DNA of 64,000 bases from contig JBDOQK010000045.1 in the NCBI GenBank assembly GCA_040437565.1, forward strand, positions 124,001 to 188,000, given 5' to 3'. How positions within the stretch are numbered: position 1 is the first letter of the stretch; every line of letters begins with the position of its first letter. The notes under the pieces were generated by a model. The model was not told the DNA's origin and made no database searches. It saw nothing but the letters and a program-made list of their open reading frames with translations. This document shows, piece by piece, positions 24,501 through 37,869 of the stretch. Both the position numbers and the translations under genes were made by a program. The DNA is from Albugo candida (Eukaryota).

Positions 24501-26650
24501 GTGGTGAGGTCAAGAGATTCAAGGCGAGGCTAGTTGCCTGCGGGAACGAACAGGTTTTTGGCGTCGACTACGGTTTAACGTTTTCTGCTTCGACGGAGCT
24601 AACTACGGCGAAGATTATACTGGTACTTGCGCTGCGTTGGGGGATACCAGCTAGACATGGCGACATCCCTAACGCGTACGTGAAGGCGGACAACGAAGAA
24701 CATTTGGAGCTTTTTCTCGCTGTACCTCAAGGGATGGCTGTTTCAGATGTGATGTTAAAGAAAATCGATGTTCAAGGCAGCGAGAAACCGGCATTAAGGC
24801 TGAAAAAGTCTCTTTACGGGCTTAAACAAGCGGGTCGCCTTTGAAGCAAACTATTAAACTCGAAACTGGAAGAAAATGGGCTCACTCGCTGCTTGTCAGA
24901 CGTGTGCCTATATTTTTATTGCGACGAAGGAGAGCTAACCATTGTCGGGGTTGTGTGTGGACGATTTGTTAGTCACGGCGTCTAGCCAAACCAAGGTTAA
25001 AAAGCTCTATAGATCCATGAGAATTCTTTCTATCTAGGATTTGGGTGAACTTAGTAAGTTCTTGGGCACGCGTGTGGCCATGAAGGAGAAGAATACGTAC
25101 ACTATTGACCAAACCGCGGCTATCGAAGAAATGCAGGGTCAAGATGGGCTAATGGAAGCAAATGATGTGAAGGTGACTAACGGTGAAGAGAGTAACGACC
25201 TTGAAACGGAATCGATGTATTTGTTAGCAAAACTGGGTAAAAATTGCAGGCTTACTATACGAGATTTTCAGTCGCTAGTCGTAGCCTTATGTGGATTGCT
25301 CGATGCTCGAGACCTGACATCAGCTTAGCGGTTCACAAGGAGACGAGACGTACCACCAGCCTACCGTCAGCGATTGGAAGTTGGCGAAGTGCGTTGCTCG
25401 ATACTTGAAAGCAACAAAACACATGAATATTGACATGTTTATTGACCCACAAGATAGTGGTATCACGGTGACAAGCTGGAGCGACTTAGACTTCGCAGCA
25501 AACAAAACCGATCGCAAGTCAATAACTGGTGGGGTACTTGCGATGAAAGGAGTGATCGTGCAGTGGATATGCAAAAGGAAGACTGGAGTGTCCCTGTCCA
25601 CCATGGAGGTAGGATTTACCTCGGCAGCGCATGTCGGAAGGGAGCTGCTGGAATTGCGAGAGATGGTGGTAGAGATTGGTCTTTCTGTGACGGAGTCAAT
25701 GAGCATGCTGATGGATAATCAAGCAGCAATCAAGAAGTTAGAGTGTGAAGGAAGCATGTCAAGTACGAAAAACGTGGATGTGCGCATGAAGTTCATCTGC
25801 GATTATGCCAAAACAGGCAGGCAAACCTGAATTCGTTGAAGCAAAGCTCATGAAGGTGGACCTGTTGACGAAAACACNNNNNNNNNNNNNNNNNNNNNNN
25901 NNNNNNNNNNNNNNNNNNNNNNNNNNNNNNNNNNNNNNNNNNNNNNNNNNNNNNNNNNNNNNNNNNNNNNNNNNNNNACTATACGAGATTTTCAGTCGCT
26001 AGTCGTAGCCTTATGTGGATTGCTCGATGCTCGAGACCTGACATCAGCTTAGCGGTTCACAAGGAGACGAGACGTACCACCAGCCTACCGTCAGCGATTG
26101 GAAGTTGGCGAAGTGCGTTGCTCGATACTTGAAAGCAACAAAACACATGAATATTGACATGTTTATTGACCCACAAGATAGTGGTATCACGGTGACAAGC
26201 TGGAGCGACTTAGACTTCGCAGCAAACAAAACCGATCGCAAGTCAATAACTGGTGGGGTACTTGCGATGAAAGGAGTGATCGTGCAGTGGATATGCAAAA
26301 GGAAGACTGGAGTGTCCCTGTCCACCATGGAGGTAGGATTTACCTCGGCAGCGCATGTCGGAAGGGAGCTGCTGGAATTGCGAGAGATGGTGGTAGAGAT
26401 TGGTCTTTCTGTGACGGAGTCAATGAGCATGCTGATGGATAATCAAGCAGCAATCAAGAAGTTAGAGTGTGAAGGAAGCATGTCAAGTACGAAAAACGTG
26501 GATGTGCGCATGAAGTTCATCTGCGATTATGCCAAAACAGGCAGGCAAACCTGAATTCGTTGAAGCAAAGCTCATGAAGGTGGACCTGTTGACGAAAACA
26601 CTTTCGGCACCCAGGGTGACGAAGTTGCGAGGATTGTTTAATTTTATGTG
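21553..26650 (+). pseudogene. Copia gag-pol relic
   Basis: gag (HYLYLVAVSDA); protease (WKVDSGS); integrase (CLACAQGKQ, VFGSPC); RT (RFKARLVACG, HGDIPNAYV, LKKSLYGLKQAGR); RNase H (DRKSITG, SLSTME, DNQAAI). Confidence 0.93.
25254..26601. repeat. Direct duplication 25254-25877 = 25978-26601 across a gap (likely artefact)
   Basis: Apparently identical RNase H segment twice, offset 724, abutting an N gap. Confidence 0.9.
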
Positions 26651-26695
26651 ATAGTGGGCACGTGGGTCGGTTGAAGCGCGTCATCCGAGGAAGAG

Positions 26696-26886
26696 TATTG
26701 GAAGAGCAACAGTCGCTGTCAAAGCGTTGCTGTCGACCGACCACTTCGGAGTATCGGCTGTTTCTATCCTTGAACGGTGCGTAAACCAGGCGAAGATGAT
26801 CTCTTGTGAAGAGACGAAACCGTCGTAGCATGTAGGTAACAATAAATAACACTTTTACATTTGCACTGGCATTATTCCTTTCAACA
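26696..26886 (+). repeat. 3' LTR of copia element
   Basis: Follows the polypurine tract, ends in CA, and is followed by the TSD TGGCT. Confidence 0.95.
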
Positions 26887-28502
26887 TGGCTCTCCTAGCT
26901 CGAAACTAAATTGCGCGTCTAAGTGACGCCTTCCTCAGACTCAACATAGGTTGAAAATCTTGGCCACTCCAATAGCGATGAAGCAAACAGATAAAAGTAT
27001 GTTGGGATATATCGTGTCTATTGGACATGAAAGCATGCAAATTAAGCTTTCAATGCGTATGATGATTACGTGTACGCATAGATTCTCTATTGCTCTAAGC
27101 AGGGAAGCATGAGAGAATCGGTACAATTTACTGAGTATCAGCGCATCTCAACGTTCCTTTGCGAGCTCTTTCAGCATACTTTAGCGCTTTTTATCGTTTT
27201 TTTTGCATGCTCAAGGGTTCAGATCGAAGGGAAAGCATAGAGAAGCTGCTAATACACAGTAATTCCATACACTGTAGTAGAAATCTGCTTCCTCAAAAGA
27301 AATTTGAGTGGCTGGATCACGACTGCAATCAATAATTTCCAATGTGCTTTCAAGGTCTATTTGGCAAGACAGAATGCCTTATGACGGCTCATATAATCAC
27401 TATAATAACATTATTCATTGCAGTATTACACAATCCACGATATTGCATCTGTATATGCTTTATGTTTTATTCATGACGAAATACCGCCAATCATAGGATA
27501 GCTTGGGGAAGTACCGTGATCAGAAGCTTATTCAGGTATGCCGTTGATGAAGTGACGAGTACTGGATCTCAATGTCCAAGAACAAAATGGTCTCCCTCGT
27601 ATTGTGTCTTCACGTCAAGACTCGAAAAAAAATGTCCCTGAGGGATTTACCGACTTCGTTTTGTCCAATGTCATCCTCTATGACCGTTTATAATGCATAT
27701 TATCTATAACACCGCTCTGCTCCGATGATTCTCAGATTCAAATGCCAATACTCAAACAAGCCATCCGATTACTTGATATTCTCGTTTTTCTTTTAAAAGA
27801 GCGGATGTAGGCTGTTGGCAATGTTATCACTAAGCTTCACAATCCCAAACAGCCATACTAGCCTCATAGCATTCCGGGTGTGTGGGTCCTGACTTGAAAT
27901 ACGTCGAATTATATTTAGCCGCAAGTATTACGCATTGGTTCAAATAAAATTGGCCGCTTTTCTTTCGGGCTAGCTTTACAAAATATTAATGTCTAAGCCT
28001 GGGAGAACGTCAAAAAAGGTGTAATAGCGAGATTGATTACTTGAAAAACAATTTGGTGAAGTAACAAATAAGGTAAAGAAGCTGAATGGCTTATGATGGG
28101 GACATCAAGGCAACATGGCATTCCTCAACAAATCAGTAATATTTGAAAACCTTACATCAGTAGTGAGCATCAAAAGAAGCTCACTCTCAGTTATTGTAGA
28201 GCAGTACATATAGGATCACACCACACTCACGCAAACGTTTTTTGTCTGCTAGCAAAACTAGCAACAATGGTGGCGATAGAACACTATAAAACTTTGTCAA
28301 ATATCGGAGCTATGTAGTAGGTTACGTAGGTCTGTCAAGAATATATAGACTCGGTGCAAGCAGCGTAGGCTCAATGTCTGATGAAGTGGGATGTCTCACA
28401 TCTTACTGCATAATGTGAAAGATCTCCGCTTTGATGAAGCACGACATTACATCTTTCGCTGGAGAAAAAAAATCAAAGCCGGATATATGCTATTGTATCA
28501 TA

Positions 28503-31321
28503 CAGTGCAGGACACCTATAACCATCAACTCCCGATTTTTTGCGGCCAAAAAACTTAGAATTTTCAATTGCATGCAGCCTATACTTTCTAAGGTGACAAT
28601 AACCTGTCTATCAGCCAGTCAGGGTTGATGTAAAAGTCATTTTCAGGTTATTTTATTCCCGCGTTCACCTTCTATTTCTGATTGCATATCGACACTACCA
28701 CCACAATGGCACCATCCACAAAACTTTACAGCAGCTCAAACTGGCCAGAGCATCATAGAAAGTTTCAATTGGAGCTGTCAGAGCGATATGCGAACCTAAC
28801 GACTCTAAGAGAGAACATGCACGATCTCCCGATTTCGATGAGACAAATTTCTGGCCTACTGGTATGGAGGTGGACGAAGATTTGAAGTTTGAGGTCGAAG
28901 AGGGTGAGGGTTTAACTAATACGATGCAGACTTTGCAGTACCGAAATTACACTCTATTTAGAGCCGTCCGGGTTGGTACATTGGGTACTCGAGCATACCT
29001 CGACGACGGAATCGTGCAGAGAACCGCAATGCAGCACTTGGATTTCGCCTACTCGATACACACTTTCAAGTTATGAATTAGGATGCATAAGCAGGACCAG
29101 AAAATGAGAGCGAAAGCAGGCAAACTGATGTAGAGGATGAGAATGAGAACGAAATTGATGACAATGTGAGGTACACCTTGCCGCTGCAATGATAATACTT
29201 GACCAGCAGGCCAAACAGACAACCAACAAAGTTCAACTTGCAGGAATGGCTACCATAGCATCTTAATTCGTCTCTTTCCAAAGGACTTTCCAGTAAGTTG
29301 AGACTGTACGCTTTTTAAGTGACTGCATTTTTTGTATTAACATATCGTTGTTTTAATGATGCTTGATTTCTTTAGAAGCTTAAAGCCTCAGAAGTCATTT
29401 ACCAGGCATTCGGGAAAGGATCATGGTTTTGACGATTGCTTCGCACCTGGGGAACCATATATCTCGTCATTGGTGATCATCCGAATAGGAAGCAAGGCGA
29501 ACATATCAAGTAGTGCAGCCTTTTTGTTGGATGAAGATGTTCTTGACCGTTTCCGATTGTATCTTCGTCAGAACAAGTGCAAAATTGACCTCAACAAATT
29601 TACCGAGCATATTACTAATCACATTCTTCCAATTTAGGGAGGACCAAAGTTAGTTCTGGTAAGACCGCAATCCGGTGGACGCAGAGACTGGAACTACAGA
29701 ATCCTGAAGATCGATAAGGAATGTTCGTCAATGGTCATGAACGCCTCAACGTTCTTGAATACCTTCCATCTTCCGGAAGCGCATGGTGGATCTTGGAGTG
29801 CAGATGCCAATATTTTTAGGAAAGGAGATGAGATTGAATCCTGGCCAGTGCGAGTGCCGATTAATCTTGTAACAGACAATGAAAGCACCTTCGCAGCAGA
29901 CGATGGTCAGACGAATCTATGGCAGCAGGATGGGCACAAACCACTTCGGAAAAAAAGAGGTGGAAGATCAATTCCTGTCCGCAACTTCTTGTCTGATGTT
30001 CTATCACTAAGTGATTTCAAGCAGCTCGCGCATTCCAGCATCCCAAAAAAGCGGCGTTTGTTATTATGGAAGCTGGCAAGAATTATGGTGGGGGGTGGAA
30101 TTGTGAAGATCTGTTAAAACAAGTGCGGGATCATGCAATTCCAATCTTTGAGGCACAGTAACCCACATCCAAAGCCCTCTTTGCATCTGGCAATGCTACA
30201 AGTCATACTGCATTTGCTACTGATGCCCTTGTCGGGAAAAGAATGATTTTGGGATCAGGTGAGAAACAACCAAAGATGCGAATTGATAGAATGGAAGATG
30301 GCACATTCCAGCCAATGTGCTTTCCTGACAATCATCCTGATGTTACTCTTGGAGGTGATAGAGCTATTGAGTTGAAAGACATCAGATTGAATCATCCTTT
30401 TTTAACCCTTCTATTTCTTTCAGGTTTGCCAAAGGGATTAAAAGTGGTTTTAACTGAGAGGGGCCTGTGGAAAGATGGAAGGTGCTTCCAGTGCAAAGAC
30501 AAGTGCCTTGTCTCAGCAATGTGCTGTGCAAGAAATACGATTGACGACGAAAATGACCTCATGGAGCAGGTAGGCATATTGGAAGAACTAATCGTTGCTG
30601 CTGGACACAAGATAATATTTTATCCAAATTTTCACTGTGAGTAACACTTCATTGAGAACTTCTGGGGTGCTGCCAAAGTTAATCTATGCTCGCAAAAAAC
30701 TGTGACTACAGCTGGAAAGGCCTGGTTGGCACAGTTCCTAAGGCTCTGGAATCCGTTCCCCTCACAACCATTCGACGCCATGCACAGAAATGTTCTCAAT
30801 ACATGGATATATATCGGAAGGATTTGACGGGGAAGGGTGCTGGATACGCCGGTAAGAAATACCGATCTCACCGTCGAGTTCCCACCTCTATCATGATGGA
30901 CATCAACGTGATTGGTGGAAAGGATGAATGAACTGTACATATGATCTTTGATTGTATTTGTAAAGAACTAGCAACGAGGGTCGACTGTTTAAACAGGAGG
31001 TAAGTGAATATAGACGTTGAGTCATTTGATTAAATACAGTGGAAGACTGGGCATCCTCTGACTAGATATCGTGTTTTTGGAGTTCGTTTTGAGCCGGCCA
31101 AAATTTTGCTGCCCAAGCCAAATCCCTTAATATTTCTCGTTTTTTGAATTTCCATATCTTCGCCAAAAATAAATCGAACATAAATCTGGGTCTTTGATCT
31201 TCAAGTTTTTTTCTCTTCTTCCCTGTGACAGAGCCAGATTTTGATTAAGATAAATTCTACTGGCTGTGATACAGCCCAAACGACCCCTCAAATAGTTGAT
31301 GGTTATAGATGTTCCGCACTA
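28503..31321 (+). mobile_element. IS630-Tc1-mariner (Sagan-like) DNA transposon with both ends
   Basis: Left TA|cagtgcaggacacctataaccatcaact at 28503 and right agttgatggttatagatgttccgcacta|TA ending at 31321; transposase relic inside. Confidence 0.9.
28706..30931 (+). pseudogene. DDE transposase relic with predicted intron 30355-30423
   Basis: LLDEDV..RLYLRQ; VTDNESTFAADDG; GRSIPV; PKGLKVVLTERGLW; CCAR; AAGHKIIFYPNFHCE; IENFWGAAK; KKYRSHRRVP. Confidence 0.9.
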
Positions 31322-34259
31322 TAGGTGAATGTCAACATATTGAAGATATTTGAGACGTATTCTGCACTGCCTCGAACCGAATTGGTACCGTTTTGGCATA
31401 GAAATAAACAAACATTGCTCTTGCACACATAAAGAGGCGTCGACCTTACTGCTATCTTTTATTATCCTGTTGTCATTTCCAGGAAACCATCTGAGTGGCT
31501 TTGATAATATTCTCCTTTATAGTCTAAGCATCTAATTTCAACTCCTTTGTGCTGTATCTTTGAGATTTTCCCAATCTCCACTTGTTGTCCTGACGTCATG
31601 AACAACGTTTCCTTTGTCTCAAACAATGCGATTTTATGCAATATTTTTCCGTGGGAAGTATGCATTACTCGAATAGTCTGCAAAGTCGAAAGCAGTATCT
31701 GGGCTAGCACCACAGCATAAAAAAAGGATGTCCTTGCGGTACGTAGACGACCCTCTCGATTACGAATTGTGCAGAAATGACAAGCGACTTGAATGTCAAT
31801 TTTTAGCAGATATACTTTTATTCATAGTTCAGTTTAACCCTCCTGATGCATTTGTTAATCGAATCACAAGGGTAATGAGTAAAGACACTACACACAAGAC
31901 CATGATGCACTACAACACTCAATCAGCCACACAGAGTTTTATATTTGAATGAATTCAGCGTGATCGATAAAGTCAGCCCTTTGTAACAAAAGTATCGGAC
32001 GTTTCTATGACACAGCGATTCTGAGAAGACGATCGGCTTTATATACTAGATAAAGCGTTATTATGAAGGATATCTCACGATGCGATTTTCCGTTAAGGCT
32101 CTCAAGAAATGTGATACTGATTATTGCCAAGAACTGTATCAGTCAAGAAGTTTCTAATTTTTTCGGAAGTGGGTGCCATCGCTTTCATTTTAAAGTGTCT
32201 TTGCATCCAGTACCCAAAACAAATGTCAAAACGTTCGAAAGAAAGCAAAGTGCTCTAACGCGACTCACTGCGCGCTCGTCATTCATCCAGCTGTCTATTC
32301 CATCCAAACGTGCACAATAATTCGTCACCGTCACACAAACCATACGATCTAAACGATTCAATGAAATCCAATACTTTTTCGTTCGACATCGTTCTTCTTC
32401 TTTCCCTATGATTTCACACTTTCGATCAGTAATTTTTTCGATCTGTTGACCAAAGCGTATGCAAAGTCGATATCACCTTTTTTCATAACATATTTTTAGT
32501 AGTAAATGATAATTTCCGATGGTTTCCCGGTTGGATCTGACTCGTACGTGTGTACGTATTGCTTTTGGGCTGACTAATACGACTTAAGCGTGTTATGGTG
32601 TCTCCAAATTGTAATAAAAGACATCATGTTTGTATTGAAAGACGAAAAGAAATCAATCGCCGGGATGTTCAACTTGTGTGTCAACACACTGTTACGAGTA
32701 GGGATGTGAAACAGCTTGGTAACAAATGCCAATATGTACTGTAGTTGAATGATAAGCTACATGTGACTCGAAATCACACTGTGTATTTTTTCATCTTGTT
32801 TTCGGGCGGTGGCAAAAGAGCAGTGGTGGGGCCCATCGGCGGAGACAAAGATTCTGTTCTAGATATGAACTCACCTAATTGAAGAAATGCACTCTGGCTT
32901 GGATGAATCAATATTTCCAAATTTTTTTATTAGCTTCAGACGAGTATCAAATACCAAATGAAGTAAATATTTTCTTCTAGAAAAGCGTTGTTGCTACTCG
33001 TTGTCGTACTTGATCATGCTATTCGATCGAGAGAACCATTTTGTGGAGCTTGGACTCCACTTAATAAATATTGCTGTGGATTAAGCAAAACAAAGCGTTT
33101 ATATTGCTATTAAGTAATCGAAGCCATTCACTCTATTCCTCGGTCGGAACCACTAATTTCTCTACTTGAATTTTTTTCTACATCAGCAAATCAGCGAGTT
33201 ATAACGATGGAAGCATTGGGTGATGCTGTATATTAAGATTAGTACCCAGAAAGCTATTATATCTATTCGATTTTTCTCTTTCATTATCGGAAAGTGTTTA
33301 ATGTACATATTTAAAATAATCAAGCATGGAAAGCATATGTCTCTATGTGTGGACCGACTTCGATGGCAAGTAAGATAGATGAGCTAAGCACATAACGCCC
33401 TCTCCAACAGGTAATAATCATATGTCCAGCCTTCATCGTCACTATAACGACTTCCTCGACAAGGGATACAAAAAACGAGAATTAGGTATCGGTTTTGGTC
33501 CTAGTATTGATTTCTATTTATTATAAGTATCAAAACACTCCATTCAAAAGATGGTTTGCACATACTATTGCAGAATGCACTAGGTGTGTGTAGCATTGCA
33601 TCATAAACCAGAGAATCAGAGGTTATGTATCCTTGCAGAAAATTACGACAACCCGCTAAAAGATGTCCTATTACATCAGTGGTAGTTAAGTTGAAGGTTT
33701 TTATATTACCCAGAATTAGCCTAACTGAATTCTCTAGTTGCCTTGGCTATATAGAAAACTTTTCGTGTAAATACCTGTGAGGGATGATAGTACTGTATTG
33801 CAGTAGTCTCACACAATACGAGACTGTGTCCATCGTATAGATGATAAAAAGTGTAAAAATGCTCTAAAATAGTACCGTGTTTTGCAAATGGGTGTGCGTC
33901 ACACTAGTCTGAACATAGCCGTCCAACTTGGACTAGGAACCAAGTTGCACTTGCTTTCGTAGCACGCTAGGAAGTTCTCCAAAAAATGTTTTTTGCTGAG
34001 TGAGTATATCACCAATTCTTCCTCTCGATCCCACGATAAACCTGCTTTTTATCCACTCCTTCTCTCATACAATATCGGCACCTGCATCATTTCACAGCGT
34101 ACTGCCTCTTCTGTCGCTTTCTGGAACTATCTCATCACATCCTGTCGGTAGTGGTACCGAGGTGGCCAGAGACCTGGCAACATCCCACTCGATCATATAC
34201 CATGTTGCAACACTTGCAGTTATACTTCTTGGTGCCTTACCCGCAGCACTGATCTTCGA

Positions 34260-35310
34260 TTTCTGAAAAACCCAACGAATAGTTCTTGATTTGCGGGTTG
34301 ATCCAGCACTTGAGCAAGCTGAATGCCTTCGTCATGATCGTGTCGTTGTCTTCGAAAGTATTGAACGTGCGCACTAATCGTGAAGAAGATCATGGAAAGT
34401 GCTGGGACTGTCGAAGTTTCTGATTTCTGATTCGAACAAGCGACGATTCTGATTGGTCCAAACGAAGTGTAATGTCTCCGATATCAGCGCTAGCCATAAA
34501 ATTGATCGAATTTAGGGATGATCTTCTCACGCCGGCCGTAGTGTTGGCACAATTGCACATGCAATATCTGTCCAACGTGGTCGAGAGGAGAAACGGAACT
34601 GATCCCAGCTTTGGAGCAACTTCCTCCATAATTGGGCTGTGTGGTTGCACGCTACGAATCGATGTTGATCGGATTCCACTGCTCCACACGAAGGCTGCGT
34701 GCACACTATAATGTTGAGCTGGGCATCCTCCAAAAACCAGAAACTAGATCAAATTGGCAACATGCGAAAGGCTAGACGAAACTGTATATAGTCGATAATC
34801 GGTAAGAGACGTTTCCGAAGATTCCGTGATATTGCCGTAAATGTTCCAGCTCGTTTACACTTCAAGTGCGTCCGATCTCTTCGTCATGAACATTTTGTCG
34901 ACATCGGAATACGCTTGGCTGATTCGGGAGGTTGCCAGACGATAATTTGAGAGTTGAAGGCGTGGAATAAATGGGAAGTAATGTTTCTCTCCTTGCATTA
35001 TACCCACAAGAAAACGGCATGCCACTTGTATTAAGTTGGATCCAAGTCATAAGACTAATCGTCGAGGGAATACGGTGTCGTATCTAAGTGACTTCATTAT
35101 CAAGGCGACTCCGCAACTTTTCTTTTATCCATAGTCCGATGTTCTCAGCTCTTCATCGTTGAAATAGCTGGCGACGAAATCTTCCTTCGTTGGCCATGTG
35201 TAGCTTTCTCGAAAAACGTCTTGAAGACTTGAGATGTCGAAAATTGTAGCAAACGATTCCCGGAATGTCCGATGTGGCTCGTTCACCATCCCACGATCTG
35301 TGGTTGTTCA
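34260..35310 (-). mobile_element. 3' fragment of an L1/Tx1-type LINE (ORF2 C-terminus)
   Basis: 34860-35300 aligns by eye with 53720-54090 (e.g. aaatagctggcgacgaaatcttccttcgtt vs aaatagttggcgacgaagttttccttcgtt) and more weakly with ~230-1250. Confidence 0.8.
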
Positions 35311-35399
35311 ACACAATACACATGTCGCAATTGAACTCAGAGGCAGTAGTAATGGATAGGAGGTCTTCACTTGGACTATTTTCATGACAACTGAGTGAA

Positions 35400-37459
35400 T
35401 AAGTTTCTCAAAAGTATATCAGAATGGATTTCTCATCAAGTTCGAGCGTAGCCAAACAAAGCGTCGTGAAGCCTTTGTGCTCTGAAATGCTCTTATTCAG
35501 TGGATGGCAATCAATATTAAAGAAGCGATGCAAACGCCAAAGTAAATGCATCAATTGATTGATATGAGGAACTTTTACTTCGATGCACTGACCACAAGAG
35601 CACGAGCACATGCATGCAAATTGAGTCGTATGTGACACATTGTGAGTGGTATCAAGTAGACCTTCACTCACTGCATCTCAAGACTTATTTCATCGCACAA
35701 AAAACGCACCCATTTGTTGAATAAGGGAAAGGATCACATTATATTGTTTTTATGCCAGTTCATTATTACTAAACTATCGAAAATTTGTATTGCGCGAGCT
35801 TTCGTCGATTCCACTTCTACTCCATTGCTTTGCAAACATATAAGAAATATGGTCATACATCACATCTGTGCCATTTTGGGAGAGATGAGAAAACTGCCAG
35901 CCATAGATATATTTTTACGAGACAGGAGCACAACTTTGTACTTGAGCACAATACAGATGAAGCAGTCGTAGAACGCCGCTGGATCTAATACGTCTTTTGG
36001 ATTGCGTGAACTCCACTTCAAACTACCACAAGTGGAGCAGAAGTTGACTTTTTGAGCTCCAAGCGTGCCTCAAATCCACACCCTGATTATTGCCGTATTC
36101 GTAATAGCACATAATATTGGGCAAAAGATCGAAATCGACACAGGAGGATGAATGCTTGACTGCGCACTTCAGAATTGCTATACCTTTCGCGTTCGCATTC
36201 AGATTGACCGAAATTTGGGTTTTCAAAAGTGCATGAGTTCGTTATGTCTTCAAACATGAAAAATAGTACTGGTTGGGAATGTAACGTACGGAGAAGGAGC
36301 CAAGATTAAGGTTTAAATTAACGTCTGTGTGGTGCGATATATCTACGCGCTCCATCCAGTTTATCACACTTCGCGGAGAAACCAAAATGTTTATGTCTCC
36401 CGCCTCTGGCATGCAACCTTTGCTGGGAGCAACTTCACCGCATGTAGTGATGCATACATTCTTGTCGATAAGTTGGTTTACGAACAAATGGAAGTGCAAC
36501 ATGCGGGTGTGTGGGCTCATCCCTTTGGCATTGTCCAAAACGACAACTTCATGAATGAGAGTGGTCAAGCATCTTCAGTTATCACGTTCATCTTAAGATT
36601 CAGACAAGCGGCTATTTCAAAGCAACGAGATTGTGAAACAAGGCCTTTCATCATGTACTCGTGTAGCTTTTTTTACTCGAATGCACGTCTGGAATCGAGT
36701 GCAAGTCGCGAAAGCGGTGCAATGAAAGATCATGTGAGATTGTGTTGTTTTTTTGGTTTGAATTAGCCAGCTGTGACTCTTTTGTAGAACGATGCGCTTT
36801 TGACGATGTCTCATCCTTGAATGAGTTGCATACGTCATTAAAAAGAATGTGTCTCGTATCTTTGCAGAATTTCGTGTCATGGCATGAACCCTTTATATAT
36901 GTTGGCATTTGAAGTTTCTATCACATAAAGATAAGAGAGACAAAATGAGTCACCATCGTTTAGAGCGTACTTTCCCATGCTTTCCGAATTGCTGCTCTTC
37001 TGCATACATATTTCGCATACTAACGCAAAGAAATTCTCAAAACTAAGAATGCACCTATATTCAAATAGCTTGTTACTCCTTCAGCGGGGTTGTCGGCAGG
37101 CATAAGGAGATTAAAGGTCACAGCGGCAGTTGCGGATACCCCGCTAATGTCTGCATTGATAATTGGCAAGTCGGAATCTTCGATACCCGGTGTGTGACAG
37201 TGTTCGTGACCGTACCAATGAACCAAATTTGCTCGAAAATAATTTGATGGACCAATGACCCAGTATTTGAAAGATTTGGATGGACCGGTGAGAGTCATCT
37301 CTATCACTTCCACGTGAATTTCGCCTGCGAGTAACAAACACTTGACAATTTAGATGCTTCGAGTGTAGTCGCGAAGATATAAAGCGACTTCAAATGCTTA
37401 GCGGAATGCCTAGATTACCATAGAAGTATGAGTAAGTCGAGGAGGATTGTTGGTTTCAT
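35400..37459 (-). pseudogene. Decayed CCG-like (CxxC..G) secreted effector gene
   Basis: ATG at 37459 gives the hydrophobic leader MKPTILLDLLILLW*S, then SLYIFATTLEASK and a frameshifted CQ/KCLLLAG (37323-37348). Downstream Cys modules on the same strand: CITTCG, CFIC (35953-35964), CVFC (35697-35708), CSCGQC. Confidence 0.6.
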
Positions 37460-37869
37460 CTTAGAAAACGAATAATGAAACGTGGTGAAACTACTCTTGG
37501 GTTGTTATTCCCTGCCAACTCAACATTCATCATGACATTTCTATTAGCACATACCCTTACATAGATGCTGCATGAAAAGAATTTGGTGTGTGGGAATATA
37601 TGTGCTAGTATACTCAGTTACAGAACATTTGATAAATGATATTGCAAATGTATTATTTCTGACATTTGACGATTTGACTTTAAGAGGCTTCCGGAGTGAG
37701 AAAATATCACGATTACGAAGTGTATTATCCAATGCATTACTTCAAAAGGGTAGTTGAGGGAGTAGGGATATCAATCGACGACCTTGTACTTCATTTCTAC
37801 TTCATTCGGCACAACAATTACGCAATGGCTATAATCGGTCCTACACCTGTATGTTCCTAGTAACTGTGT

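Larger units (their letters stand above)
21348..26886 (+). mobile_element. Ty1/copia LTR retrotransposon, full-length but decayed
   Basis: LTRs 21348-21541 and 26696-26886; TSD TGGCT (21343-21347, 26887-26891); PBS-like ggtcatgagacc after the 5' LTR; PPT gaggaagag (26687-26695); domain order gag-PR-IN-RT-RH. Confidence 0.96.

Noticed and set aside
25254..26601. Copia element with two RNase H domains
   Set aside because: Exact gap-flanking duplication; likely assembly artefact.
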